Shown in pieces: positions 9,868 to 20,351 of a DNA stretch of 62,086 nt; positions within the stretch are counted from its first letter, which is position 1; every line of letters begins with the position of its first letter. This stretch comes from a virus. Its lineage: Duplodnaviria > Caudoviricetes. Below the pieces are notes generated by a model. The model saw only the letters and a list, made by a program, of their open reading frames with translations, was not told where the DNA came from and ran no database searches. The position numbers and the translations under genes are program-made. Location of the stretch: positions 1 to 62,086 of IMG/VR virus record IMGVR_UViG_3300008120_000239; one strand, given 5' to 3'.

Positions 9868-11700
9868 TTAGCAATCAAACCTTATAACAATATTAATGTC
9901 CACATCTTTTCTTTTTTTAATTGGTGTTGCTAATTTTGCAACCGCTAATAAATTACCAAAATCGTCATATAGACCTATCGTTGTAAAATACGGTCTAAAT
10001 TCTCTATTAGATAAATATTGTTTTGGTTTCTGTTTTCTATCATATTTTATAATAGTTGAAGCATTTTGTGTGATATTAAAATCAGTTTTTGGTATTCTAC
10101 AAACTACCTCGTGTTCATAAAATCGTGTAGAAGTTTTAAATTGAGCATTAAATCCATATTCGTTATTTTCATAGTCTAATATTCCAGTCTTACCCAATAA
10201 AGCATTAGAATATTTAGGCCTAAAATCCGATATGATCAATATGCCTTGATCATATAATATAGATCCTATTTTATTAGATTGATAAGCATAGCCATGGCTA
10301 TAGCTGTTGTCACTTAATTTATTAATTTCATTAGAGTTTAAAGCTTTACTAAAGACTTTTATTTCATCTAATGATCCTGAGAAGTGATTAGATCTACCAT
10401 CACTGCCTATTAAGAAATGTCTGTTATTCTGTACATTATCTGAAATCACAAAGCTTTGACTAACGTCTAATGTCCCATTAATCCAAATTTCATATTGGCT
10501 TCCACTCTTTTGACACAAAACATGAGTCCATTCATTCGGTGTTAGTCCCGATGAAATTAAATCAACTCGTTCTATATTTGAACTTTGTGCAAAAACAATT
10601 GAATATGGGTTTGCATCCGTTCTATTTGTTATGCTTATATTGAATGGGAATTGTTCAATATCCGAATATTCTCGTAAAGATACTATTCCTGTTTTAGAAG
10701 AAAACTTATCTTGCATATTGATAGATTTTTTATTAAATAACGGATTCACACTTACATATTCAACTGATTGTGTTTCAGGTGTTTTTACCCAAAAACTGAA
10801 AGCAAAGTCTAACTCTCCTGAAAAATTGAAAGCAACATCATCTGTTACTTCTAAGTAAGCACCATCAAAATTTGCGCATACACCAGTTGACTGTTCCGTT
10901 CCATTTACGTTTATGCCAGGTGAGTATGATATACCTCTAACATTATTGACAACAACTGAATTTAATCTATTTGATGTATCTATTACGTATGGTTTCTTTT
11001 TATTTACAAACCCGTATTCTCTGTATTTTTCATTGAAACCGATTGAAAGGATTTGAGCTCTGTAATCAACAAACTCTGATTGGTTAAAAGATGTATCCAA
11101 TATATTACCTTTACCGTCATCAATTATTTTATATTCCATTGATGTTTCGGGATTTACCATTGTCATATTAAATGTTCCTGGTCTTATTCCTTCGCCATAA
11201 AGGTTTCTCGGTAAAACTAAAATCGATCCTGTGTCAGCCAATAGGTTACTTTGATCATCATCAATAGCTGTTGATGCAAACTTATCAGGGAAATAATCTT
11301 TGTAAAAATTATGGTCTAAATAATACCATAATATTTTTGGGTCTATTGGTTGGTGTGGATAATCATTTGAATACAATGATGATGATATATTAATAACATT
11401 ACCAAAATATTTGTGGTTTTCTGGATAGAAGAATCTATAAGCGTTTATATGTATATCATCAACTGAGTTTAATTTTTGTATGGTTACGTTTTGCGTTCCT
11501 AAATTTAATATCCAACGCTTTACCATATCTATCCAACTTGTATTTATATTTCCCCAAACTAATTCGTCTCCCGAAGCAGAACGTCTCATGTCTATATTAT
11601 TTGACGAAAAGTTCCATGTCTTATTAGCACTAAATGGGCGTACAGAGTAGTCACCGTTTCTAAGATTTTTGAAAAATATATTTATAGTATTAGATTGCAT
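9868..11700 (-). CDS. Baseplate/tail structural protein with LamG (ConA-like) domain; paralogue family member
   Basis: FSFWVK...WTHV...IWING...FSGSLDEIKVFSKAL; C-terminal TTIGLYDDFGNLLAVAKLATPIKK. Confidence 0.7.
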   Translation of the reverse strand: MQSNTINIFFKNLRNGDYSVRPFSANKTWNFSSNNIDMRRSASGDELVWGNINTSWIDMVKRWILNLGTQNVTIQKLNSVDDIHINAYRFFYPENHKYFGNVINISSSLYSNDYPHQPIDPKILWYYLDHNFYKDYFPDKFASTAIDDDQSNLLADTGSILVLPRNLYGEGIRPGTFNMTMVNPETSMEYKIIDDGKGNILDTSFNQSEFVDYRAQILSIGFNEKYREYGFVNKKKPYVIDTSNRLNSVVVNNVRGISYSPGINVNGTEQSTGVCANFDGAYLEVTDDVAFNFSGELDFAFSFWVKTPETQSVEYVSVNPLFNKKSINMQDKFSSKTGIVSLREYSDIEQFPFNISITNRTDANPYSIVFAQSSNIERVDLISSGLTPNEWTHVLCQKSGSQYEIWINGTLDVSQSFVISDNVQNNRHFLIGSDGRSNHFSGSLDEIKVFSKALNSNEINKLSDNSYSHGYAYQSNKIGSILYDQGILIISDFRPKYSNALLGKTGILDYENNEYGFNAQFKTSTRFYEHEVVCRIPKTDFNITQNASTIIKYDRKQKPKQYLSNREFRPYFTTIGLYDDFGNLLAVAKLATPIKKRKDVDINIVIRFDC

Positions 11701-11706
11701 TTAGTA

Positions 11707-14241
11707 TTAAATCCTTCTTAACTTTACATTAACAACGTATTCATAACTACTGTCTTTGAGTAAAGGTTTTTTAAATTTACCAACCGCTAATAGATTATTT
11801 GAATCATCATACAAACCGATGCCTGTGACATAAGTTTTTGTTGTATTATTTACTTTATCGGTAAAAACCTTCATTGTAGAACCCGATGTATATGTATAAT
11901 TATTTGAGTAGTTAAATTCATTTCTATTTATTCTACAAAAATAATTTTCGTCAGCATACATTTCAGCAGAACGCATATACCAATATTCATGTTCCGTTCT
12001 TGAATTATTTGGTGAACAAGATCCACTTATTGACAAGAATAATTTTTTTGCATTGTCACCATCAATTGAAGCTGTTACCGTATTGAAGTTACAATACTTA
12101 TTCAGCATATCTGCATCAAATAGTATAATACCTTTATTCGGAAACACATAACCCCAACCGTCCGCTACTTCATAGTCTATTGGACCGTCTTGTAAAGTAC
12201 CTTCTACTATATTATAATATTCATCAAGTGCCCTTGGTTGATCTGAGTATATCGTTGATACCAAACTATCATCTATTAATTTAAATATAGTATCGTTTTC
12301 CTGATCAAATTCAAAGTTACTTCCAGTATTTATCAACTGATTTGAACTTGATGATATTGGAGCTAATGATATTTGAAAATGTCCATTATTTATTTTATCT
12401 TTAAACAATTCCCGATTAAATTGTAAGATATAAAAATGATCACTTCTCTTACCATTCTTAAATACTATGGAGTCATCTCCAGAAAAACATTCTGCCATGT
12501 ATTTTTTATACAATCCTTTTGATGGGTATTGGTCTATGTCATATCCTAAATCACTAACGATATAAGATGAACCCGAACCTGATATATGTGCATAAGCTAT
12601 GCTGAAAACGGATTCAGCAGAAACGCTTTGGTTGGTATCTGTTTTAACATTCAAATAGTATTTTGATTGTGGAAACTGTGGGTATTCCAAATAAAATACA
12701 GAATTTCTATCACTACCATTTGAAAATAATGGTTTTGTTTTGTAGAATAAATCTGATATTGCAAAATCACTGTTGTAGTCTAATCTCTTGTAAGCAAATT
12801 GCGGTAAATCGAAATTTGCAAATATAGATACAGGATTTAAAGGGGTTTCAGTTTGTGGTGGTGTTGTGGGCGTTACTGTTGTTGGTGTAACAGTAACATT
12901 AGTAAGAGTAAATGGTGACTCAAAATTTATTATACCATAACTTCCACTAACAGTTGATATATCATTTAGACTTGGGTAATTATTTTCTGCCTGAAATTGT
13001 GTGTATTTTTGTAGTAAATTATAAATTTTTTGATTTACCACATCTATTGCAGAAGAACTATTTGGCGTATTAATTTCAAATGCATTGTTTATTGAAGATG
13101 CTGTTTCACTTATTACATCTAATTCATCACCTATATCAACATCTTCAGTTCCATCATTTTGTATATTTGAAACAATTGATTCTATATTAAATATGTCTTG
13201 AACCTCTGTAAATATTTCAGAGACAATCATATCTTGAACTAATTGTAAATCTGTTATGTCAGATTTAGCCGTGTATAGTTTCTTGGTAGATATTGTGTTT
13301 ATAACCGATTCTGCATTTGGTCTATTTATTGGTTCGGTTACAAAAGATATTAGTCTTTTAAAGTTAGGTTCTTCAACTCTTGGTGGTATAGTTGTTAACG
13401 GGTTATGTACTATAGAATTTTGAAATACTGTTCTTTTTTCTATGTTAGAAGAAAAATAATCCTTTATTACCTTTAGCATATGGTCTGAAACTAAAAATAC
13501 AAAGTTAGCATATACGGCACCATCCATTTTATAGTAATCCGAATATACTAAATTGTTAGCATCATTTTCATCTATTGAAAAACCGTCCCACTCATAGCTT
13601 AATTTTATTTTACTGAAGTCTATATCATTTGGGTATTCACTATCGAACAGGAATAGTACATCAAATCTTTTTAAGAAGTCAGCTGATACTCCGGTATCCT
13701 CTTGTATTTGCATCAAATGATTGTGTGATAATTTACCCAATCTATAATATTTTTTTGAAAACCCAATATCGTATGGTATCTTTCTACTGAGATCCTCCAA
13801 CATATTGTTGGTTTGTAGTGGTGTTGGCCATTGCAATTTGTTGTTAGATGTGAAGAATATAGACTTTTCACAAGACATATACTCTTTTGGAAAATTACTT
13901 GGGTTATATGTGAAGTCTGAAATTCCGTATGTATCGGTAACGCAAAATTCTGTGCTTGTTGCATTTGTTATTTTAACAGTTTGACCTATAGTTTTTATAA
14001 CCAAGTCGGTAGTTGGAGCAGTTGGCTTTGTTCCGTTGAATTGAACGAATTGAGGATCGTTTTTATCACCCATAGATATACGGCTTTCCAATATACCTGT
14101 GAGTGGATTTATTACCCATATATTATTGTCGGGAACACCTAGGGTTATACTTTTTTTTATATCATCGCCGTCATTATCGGCCCTTTCTTCTATAAAAGAT
14201 CCTAAGTAACCAACATCGAGTGCCTCAAATTCTTTAGCCAT
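11707..14241 (-). CDS. Baseplate/tail structural protein; paralogue family member
   Basis: C-terminal TGIGLYDDSNNLLAVGKFKKPLLK, shared FSIAY and LIDDS blocks, Thr/Pro linker. Confidence 0.7.
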   Translation of the reverse strand: MAKEFEALDVGYLGSFIEERADNDGDDIKKSITLGVPDNNIWVINPLTGILESRISMGDKNDPQFVQFNGTKPTAPTTDLVIKTIGQTVKITNATSTEFCVTDTYGISDFTYNPSNFPKEYMSCEKSIFFTSNNKLQWPTPLQTNNMLEDLSRKIPYDIGFSKKYYRLGKLSHNHLMQIQEDTGVSADFLKRFDVLFLFDSEYPNDIDFSKIKLSYEWDGFSIDENDANNLVYSDYYKMDGAVYANFVFLVSDHMLKVIKDYFSSNIEKRTVFQNSIVHNPLTTIPPRVEEPNFKRLISFVTEPINRPNAESVINTISTKKLYTAKSDITDLQLVQDMIVSEIFTEVQDIFNIESIVSNIQNDGTEDVDIGDELDVISETASSINNAFEINTPNSSSAIDVVNQKIYNLLQKYTQFQAENNYPSLNDISTVSGSYGIINFESPFTLTNVTVTPTTVTPTTPPQTETPLNPVSIFANFDLPQFAYKRLDYNSDFAISDLFYKTKPLFSNGSDRNSVFYLEYPQFPQSKYYLNVKTDTNQSVSAESVFSIAYAHISGSGSSYIVSDLGYDIDQYPSKGLYKKYMAECFSGDDSIVFKNGKRSDHFYILQFNRELFKDKINNGHFQISLAPISSSSNQLINTGSNFEFDQENDTIFKLIDDSLVSTIYSDQPRALDEYYNIVEGTLQDGPIDYEVADGWGYVFPNKGIILFDADMLNKYCNFNTVTASIDGDNAKKLFLSISGSCSPNNSRTEHEYWYMRSAEMYADENYFCRINRNEFNYSNNYTYTSGSTMKVFTDKVNNTTKTYVTGIGLYDDSNNLLAVGKFKKPLLKDSSYEYVVNVKLRRI

Positions 14242-14242
14242 A

Positions 14243-17197
14243 TTACCAATTCAATCTTATTTTTATTAAAATATCTTTGTCTGGAGTTTTCATTATTGGT
14301 TTACTTACTTTAGCAACAGCCAACAATTCATTAGCATCGTTATACAAACCAACAGTCGTTATGTATGTTGTTGGTCTTAATTTAAAATATTCATTTTTTA
14401 TAAAGTTACCGTCAGTCGTGGGTTTATTATCCATCAATTGTAAAATCAAATCCACCTTGTCTTCACAATCATCCAAATTTTTAATTTCATCCAAACTTCT
14501 TACAAAATTTGGAGGATTAACCATAGTTGGATTATTTGTATAATTTGAAGCATTCGTATTTACACGTATGTAATAATAATTCGATTTCTTAGTTGTTGAA
14601 TTTCTTGCCTTCATTGGATAACCCAAAGCAGCTGCTCCACTTATAGCTGTAAACAGTTTATAAGCATTATCACCATCTACATTACTTGCACGATTAGTAT
14701 TAAATCCCAATTCGTCATCCAACTTTTTCGCATCAAAAATTATTATACCTAATGTCGGATATACCTTACCATATGATGTAAAGGTTGTATTTGTTGATAT
14801 ATCTCCAGATCCGGATGGATGTGCTCCTTTAGTCAAACTTCCACTTACAATATCGAATGAAGTATATTGATAATCCGTTGAAAATTCTGTTTCTAACAAA
14901 TCATTTGAATTATCTATAAACGTCATAATATCTGAATTTGTGAAATCTTTCAGTGATATTTCAAAGTTTCCTGGATCTATCCTGTCTATTAGTGAATCAC
15001 GATTAAACGATATTATGTAAACATCTTTTTCGTTTGATGATAATATACCGTTATTGTATACTTGAAATTCTGTTTCAAATGGTTCTAACGTTAATAATCT
15101 ATGTTGTGAATATATTGCACGTGTCGGTGAATCATTTAATTCGTAACCCTCATATAATGATCCAGAACCAGCCTTAGATCCATATGCAACTGAGAAATAT
15201 GAAATTGGTAGTCCGTTTATTACTCGTGTTTCATCAACAATATCGTAGTGATATTTTTTAGTTTCAACAGACTGAATAGAACTTGTACTGTATGAAAGAA
15301 GTGATTGGGTGAAATTGAATAGACCTCGTGTTTCTATTGAATCTCTTCCAGCAATTATATCTCTACCAACAGCAAGTGGATGATATACTTTTATTGGAGT
15401 ATCTATGCAATCAGCTCTTTGTATTTTTCTATTGAGCTTAATTCCAGGACCCAATCCACTATAATCTTGTGTTGTTAATACTTCAGGTCCTTTTATGTAA
15501 TCATCCATACCTTGTATTTTATAATCAGGGTATTTGTGGAAAATCTTTGATGTGTGTAATTGATAACATCCTCTAATATCAGAAGCTTCAATATAAGGAT
15601 CCTGTTCCTTAGCAACTTCTTTTGGATTACATACATCATTAAATCCGATTTCTGTTCCAGCAAATTCTACGTCTTCCCATACTTCAAAATGAGTTCCATT
15701 TGCTTCAAATAACGCATCATCTATACGCCATTCATACTCAGGGTATAAATCACCTAAACAATTTAATTGCACTTCCCAATATTGTTCCCACACAGTACCG
15801 CTTATGTATTTTGTTCTATATCCACGATAGCAGGGATCACTTGGTATTTGTTCTGGTAATGGTGATCTACCATTTTTTGCCAATTTAACTATAATGTCAC
15901 CAACAGGACGTGTTTGATTTGGTATTGCTGTCTGCGATACTATAAAACATCCTGATTTCGGTGATAGACACTCCAATCTACCATAACCTCCGTTTGAAAA
16001 ATAAGCATAGTTTATAGTTCTTTCCGGAAATCCTGATATTGGTGATACCAAATCAGGTCTATTTCTATTGGTTATTGTAGTTGAACGTGTTTGTCTTTGG
16101 TCATTTCTACCATCATATACTTTAACCATAGATTTGCCATAGAAAGTAGGCCGGTCTTTATCATTGTCTTTATTGTTTAAAAGTTCTGTAATATATTTGT
16201 TGGTATTACCATCAAATTTTTCACAAGGTGATGTATTCTTACCCCAAAACGCATTACCGTCTTCTATTTCATCAGCAACAGCTTTCAGTTTATTTATGAC
16301 AGTACGTGCGTCTTCTCTTCCAGCTAATATAGCATCCGCTACTGCATTTGGATTGTCTAAGGTGTTAATGCCTACATTTTGATTTATTCCCGTGGCATCT
16401 ACCATATTGGTATTTGCCTTCCAAGTTCTAATATCAATTATTTTGGATAAATCATAGTAGTATTGGTATACTGGTAATAATCCACCTATAAAATCTTGAC
16501 AGTTTTCATACCAAAAAGAACCGATGCCTTCACCTATAACAACATTTTCCAACACCTTTTTTTGTGTTGTTGTTGTTTTATTTGGTTCTGTATAACATTG
16601 GTAAATATCTGCAACTAATTTTACATTATTTTTAGTTGGTCTTGCATCAAAAAATTGTGAATTTATTTGTGGATTATTTCTTGATTCCATGATGCTTTCA
16701 CGGAGATTTTTTAAAACAAAAGTACGAGTACTACCTGTTTTTTTCTTACCCAATACAATTGAACCATCTCCTGGATCTTGTGGTTGTGTACCTATACCAA
16801 CCAAATTCACAATATTAGCCCCATTTGTGGCCGTTACATTGGTATAGAATTCTAAAGGAAATGTGTAAAGTTGATCGGACTGTGGTATGAATTTGATTGG
16901 TAATGGTAATTTATCGCCGGCCTTCAACACATACGGATTAGTAACAGTCATTGTTGGCCAAGTACCAATTGGTATAAATGACGCATTAGTTAATTGTGTG
17001 TATTGATATATTTTTAAGTCAGCAGATCCATTATTTTCTATTTCTATAACACCATCTGCAAAACCATTGGTAGGCACGGAGCCAAAATCTAATGTATTCA
17101 CACCATTATTAATACGTATGCCTGGTTGTGGGGTAATCGGACCACCACCCGTTTGAACACAATTTTCTGCAACACTTGCTTGTTGCAAGATACCCAA
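14243..17197 (-). CDS. Baseplate/tail structural protein with N-terminal Ig-like (ASH/choice-of-anchor D-like) domain; start uncertain
   Basis: LDFGSVP...IEIENNGSADLKI; C-terminal TTVGLYNDANELLAVAKVSKP. The frame stays open upstream to about 17260 without an ATG. Confidence 0.65.
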   Translation of the reverse strand: MGILQQASVAENCVQTGGGPITPQPGIRINNGVNTLDFGSVPTNGFADGVIEIENNGSADLKIYQYTQLTNASFIPIGTWPTMTVTNPYVLKAGDKLPLPIKFIPQSDQLYTFPLEFYTNVTATNGANIVNLVGIGTQPQDPGDGSIVLGKKKTGSTRTFVLKNLRESIMESRNNPQINSQFFDARPTKNNVKLVADIYQCYTEPNKTTTTQKKVLENVVIGEGIGSFWYENCQDFIGGLLPVYQYYYDLSKIIDIRTWKANTNMVDATGINQNVGINTLDNPNAVADAILAGREDARTVINKLKAVADEIEDGNAFWGKNTSPCEKFDGNTNKYITELLNNKDNDKDRPTFYGKSMVKVYDGRNDQRQTRSTTITNRNRPDLVSPISGFPERTINYAYFSNGGYGRLECLSPKSGCFIVSQTAIPNQTRPVGDIIVKLAKNGRSPLPEQIPSDPCYRGYRTKYISGTVWEQYWEVQLNCLGDLYPEYEWRIDDALFEANGTHFEVWEDVEFAGTEIGFNDVCNPKEVAKEQDPYIEASDIRGCYQLHTSKIFHKYPDYKIQGMDDYIKGPEVLTTQDYSGLGPGIKLNRKIQRADCIDTPIKVYHPLAVGRDIIAGRDSIETRGLFNFTQSLLSYSTSSIQSVETKKYHYDIVDETRVINGLPISYFSVAYGSKAGSGSLYEGYELNDSPTRAIYSQHRLLTLEPFETEFQVYNNGILSSNEKDVYIISFNRDSLIDRIDPGNFEISLKDFTNSDIMTFIDNSNDLLETEFSTDYQYTSFDIVSGSLTKGAHPSGSGDISTNTTFTSYGKVYPTLGIIIFDAKKLDDELGFNTNRASNVDGDNAYKLFTAISGAAALGYPMKARNSTTKKSNYYYIRVNTNASNYTNNPTMVNPPNFVRSLDEIKNLDDCEDKVDLILQLMDNKPTTDGNFIKNEYFKLRPTTYITTVGLYNDANELLAVAKVSKPIMKTPDKDILIKIRLNW

Positions 17198-17258
17198 ATC
17201 GGCTTCAAGGTCTTGTAGTTCATTTCTTAGAAATTCAGTAGGAATTCCTAAAGCATTA

Positions 17259-18398
17259 TTAATCTAATTTAATTTTAATAATCATTTCGGAGTTAGATGT
17301 TTTTCTAACTGGTTTACTCAACTTAGCAACTGCCAATAAATCATTTTGGTCATTATACAAACCAACCATAGTTGTGTATGTAACATTTCTAAATGTATCG
17401 TTTGCTGTTCCCGATAAACGTAAATTATCTTTTATTCTATAGGAATCCGTTGCACTTGATGTATAGTAACTTATATTATTACTATAATTAAACTCACCAT
17501 TACCAACTCTTGCGAAATATATCGTAGAATTTATACTTTCCAACGTTCTACCTTGAAAAGCATATGTTGGTGAAGATGCCATAGAAGCACTTATAGAATT
17601 AAATAATCTTAAAGAATTATATGAACTTTCATTAATAGCCTCAGACCTATCAGTATTCATTGAACCTGAAGCATCTAATGCCTTACCATTTAAAACTATT
17701 ATTCCAGCATCGGGATATACTACCCCATATGGTGTTGCTGAATTTGGACCGGTATAAAGACCTGATGTTAAACTGCCACTATAAACAAAGTAGTATTGAC
17801 CACCTGGTCCAGTTCTCACATAATTAGTATCTGTTAAGTAAACTTGATCTAAAGTTTCATCAACTAAAGTTATTATATCACTGCCGATTGGTTGTCCTGA
17901 AGAATCCATTTGGTGTAATGATAATTGCCAAGAACCTGGTGCTAATTTTTCTTTATATCTATTTCTATTAACGGATACAGTGTAAATGTATTCGGATGTT
18001 TCGGTATATTGAGAAACCAATTCGTTATCATTATTATAACCGTTAAATTTTGAAACAAATTCAAATAAATTTTGTTCAGGTTCTAATAACAGTTGTTTAA
18101 ATTGTGAATACATAGCCTTAGATTCTAATGCTAAACTATTAACACCATTGTAAACAGTACCACCCGAAGATCCACTATTTAAAAAATCACAGTAAGTTAT
18201 TGAAAACTGCTTCTCAGACTTTGAACCCATACTATCATATACGTCTAAGTAGTATAGTTTTTGCAAATCGGATTGCACAGAACTTGTGTAAACAGTTTCT
18301 AATGACGCACTATTTTTTGACCACAGTGCTCTTGATATAAAATCACGTCTATCAAATGCAATAGAACCTGGTTCAAATCTTTTATAGATATTAGCCAT
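17259..18398 (-). CDS. Baseplate structural protein; paralogue family member
   Basis: C-terminal TMVGLYNDQNDLLAVAKLSKPVRK. Confidence 0.7.
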   Translation of the reverse strand: MANIYKRFEPGSIAFDRRDFISRALWSKNSASLETVYTSSVQSDLQKLYYLDVYDSMGSKSEKQFSITYCDFLNSGSSGGTVYNGVNSLALESKAMYSQFKQLLLEPEQNLFEFVSKFNGYNNDNELVSQYTETSEYIYTVSVNRNRYKEKLAPGSWQLSLHQMDSSGQPIGSDIITLVDETLDQVYLTDTNYVRTGPGGQYYFVYSGSLTSGLYTGPNSATPYGVVYPDAGIIVLNGKALDASGSMNTDRSEAINESSYNSLRLFNSISASMASSPTYAFQGRTLESINSTIYFARVGNGEFNYSNNISYYTSSATDSYRIKDNLRLSGTANDTFRNVTYTTMVGLYNDQNDLLAVAKLSKPVRKTSNSEMIIKIKLD

Positions 18399-18401
18399 AT
18401 T

Positions 18402-19553
18402 TTAGTACTCTAATTTTACAGTTATGGATAATTCACTGTTAAATGATTTCTGTAATGGTTTACTTAATTTAGCAACTGCCAATAATTCATTAGCATCATT
18501 GTACAAACCTATGGTGGTAACGTATGTATATGGATTGTATACAAAGCTATCAAATATTAATTTACCACCTTTATCGTAGTCATTTGTAATAATGGTTGGA
18601 TTATTACTATAATTCATTTCTGTACTGTTAACCCTTACAAATATAGTTTGTTGACTTTTAACCTCAACTGCTCTCGCTGTAAAACCGTTGTTCGTCTCAG
18701 CGGCTGAACCACTGATTGACTTGAATAGTTTCTCAACATTTTGTCCATCTATATTACTTCCTGTTACCGTATTAAATGAAGCGGATGCATTAAGCATAGC
18801 TGCATCTACGATCACAACACCTTGTTCAGGATATACCAAACCATAATAGTGTGGATTTGTTGGGTTATAAATACCATTTTCCAAACTACCACTCACTAAA
18901 TTACGAACAACCGATGGTTTAATTGAATATTCAAATTTATCCATTGAATCTTGTGAATCATCTATCAAAGATATTGTTTCATTTGAACCATCTAATTGAA
19001 CATTACTTCCAGTAAATAAATTATTAGCGAAACTACCACCATTTAATTTAGCTAAATTTATTTCAAAATTACCTGGATCTAACTTATCACCAAATTTATT
19101 TCTATTTAAACTTATTGCATAGAAATGTGTAATCAAATCACCTTTGTCAGTGTTAAAGTTGCCCATTTTATGATAGAAGGTTTTCGTTGAAAAATCAACG
19201 GACATGTTTTCATCTAAACATGATAAAGCATATTGGGAATAAATAGCCCTTGAAGGAGTATCATCTAACTGACCATATATTTCAGTAGCTTCATCTAAGA
19301 ATTTAGATCCATGACCAAAAACATTACCATAAGCAATAGAAAACATTTCATTATCAGGTGTGTCTTTCGATGCAGACATCCAAACTGTTGTATAATATTT
19401 TTTAGAGCTGTCTGTTTGTGCAGAACTCGTATGGAATGTTTTTAAAGTACCCACACCAGGTGCCCATAAACCTCTCGTATAAAGAGACGTAAAAATATCA
19501 CTTGCTAATAGATTGTCTTCATTCTTAAAGACTGGTTTAAATACGTTTGACAT
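18402..19553 (-). CDS. Baseplate structural protein; paralogue family member
   Basis: C-terminal TTIGLYNDANELLAVAKLSKPLQK. Confidence 0.7.
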   Translation of the reverse strand: MSNVFKPVFKNEDNLLASDIFTSLYTRGLWAPGVGTLKTFHTSSAQTDSSKKYYTTVWMSASKDTPDNEMFSIAYGNVFGHGSKFLDEATEIYGQLDDTPSRAIYSQYALSCLDENMSVDFSTKTFYHKMGNFNTDKGDLITHFYAISLNRNKFGDKLDPGNFEINLAKLNGGSFANNLFTGSNVQLDGSNETISLIDDSQDSMDKFEYSIKPSVVRNLVSGSLENGIYNPTNPHYYGLVYPEQGVVIVDAAMLNASASFNTVTGSNIDGQNVEKLFKSISGSAAETNNGFTARAVEVKSQQTIFVRVNSTEMNYSNNPTIITNDYDKGGKLIFDSFVYNPYTYVTTIGLYNDANELLAVAKLSKPLQKSFNSELSITVKLEY

Positions 19554-19583
19554 AAGTTAATCCACAGATAATTTGTTAGAATA

Positions 19584-20246
19584 TTACACTGTTCTTTGTG
19601 TTACGGTAACAGGTATTACGAAACGAGCACCTGTTTGATCACCCGTAATTATAAGTTTTGTTGTTGCAGTTGTTCCTTGTGGTAATTGTTCACCTGTTGC
19701 AACTAATATGACACCAACGGAATTTGATATTCCTGATTTTGCAATTGATCTACCTTTTGGACGTGACATCTCATCTGAAAATGTAGCGTATGTATTATCC
19801 AAAATATGATATGAATATGTTAAATTAACATCTTCTGCTGCCGCTGTACCTGTATTGTTTAGATGTATGGTTTTTGGCATTATCTGTCTTCCAGACTGTG
19901 GTGATGTTTCATTTGTTTTCAAATCAATAACACCTGATCCTAAACCCGTTGAATCTGGATTGATATATGGAACATGGGTAGTTCCAGGAGGAAGTGTAAT
20001 GAGTTTATATTTCAATGATTGTGTTTCATCAGGAACAGCCTGAAGTATTGGTAGGTTTTCGATTGTTGAACCATAATAGTCAGTTCCACCTGGGTGTGAT
20101 GGATTCCATAAATCGTAATCAATTTCATCGTCTGCTAAAGCAAACTTTGTTATGTTAAAAGCACTTCTACCTTGTGCTAATAACTCACGACCTTTTTTTG
20201 TAAGTATCGCATCAACAGTTATTGTAGCGTTATTCAAATAAGACAT
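19584..20246 (-). CDS. Baseplate/tail-fibre attachment protein
   Basis: DAILTKKGRELLAQG...ITKFALADDEIDY resembles the N-terminal part of tail-collar/baseplate attachment domains; AAGGAG RBS upstream. Confidence 0.6.
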   Translation of the reverse strand: MSYLNNATITVDAILTKKGRELLAQGRSAFNITKFALADDEIDYDLWNPSHPGGTDYYGSTIENLPILQAVPDETQSLKYKLITLPPGTTHVPYINPDSTGLGSGVIDLKTNETSPQSGRQIMPKTIHLNNTGTAAAEDVNLTYSYHILDNTYATFSDEMSRPKGRSIAKSGISNSVGVILVATGEQLPQGTTATTKLIITGDQTGARFVIPVTVTQRTV

Positions 20247-20351
20247 AAGATACTCCTTCTTGAAAAAATTATCTAAACTAATAAATTTGTAATTAAAATC
20301 AGTTCATAGATATAAATATGAACATAAATAAAATTACATTAAATTGTGAAA

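Noticed and set aside
9868-19553. Diversity-generating retroelement or invertible tail-fibre cassette
   Set aside because: No reverse transcriptase, recombinase, TR/VR pair or inverted recombination sites were seen; the paralogues are diverged at DNA level.
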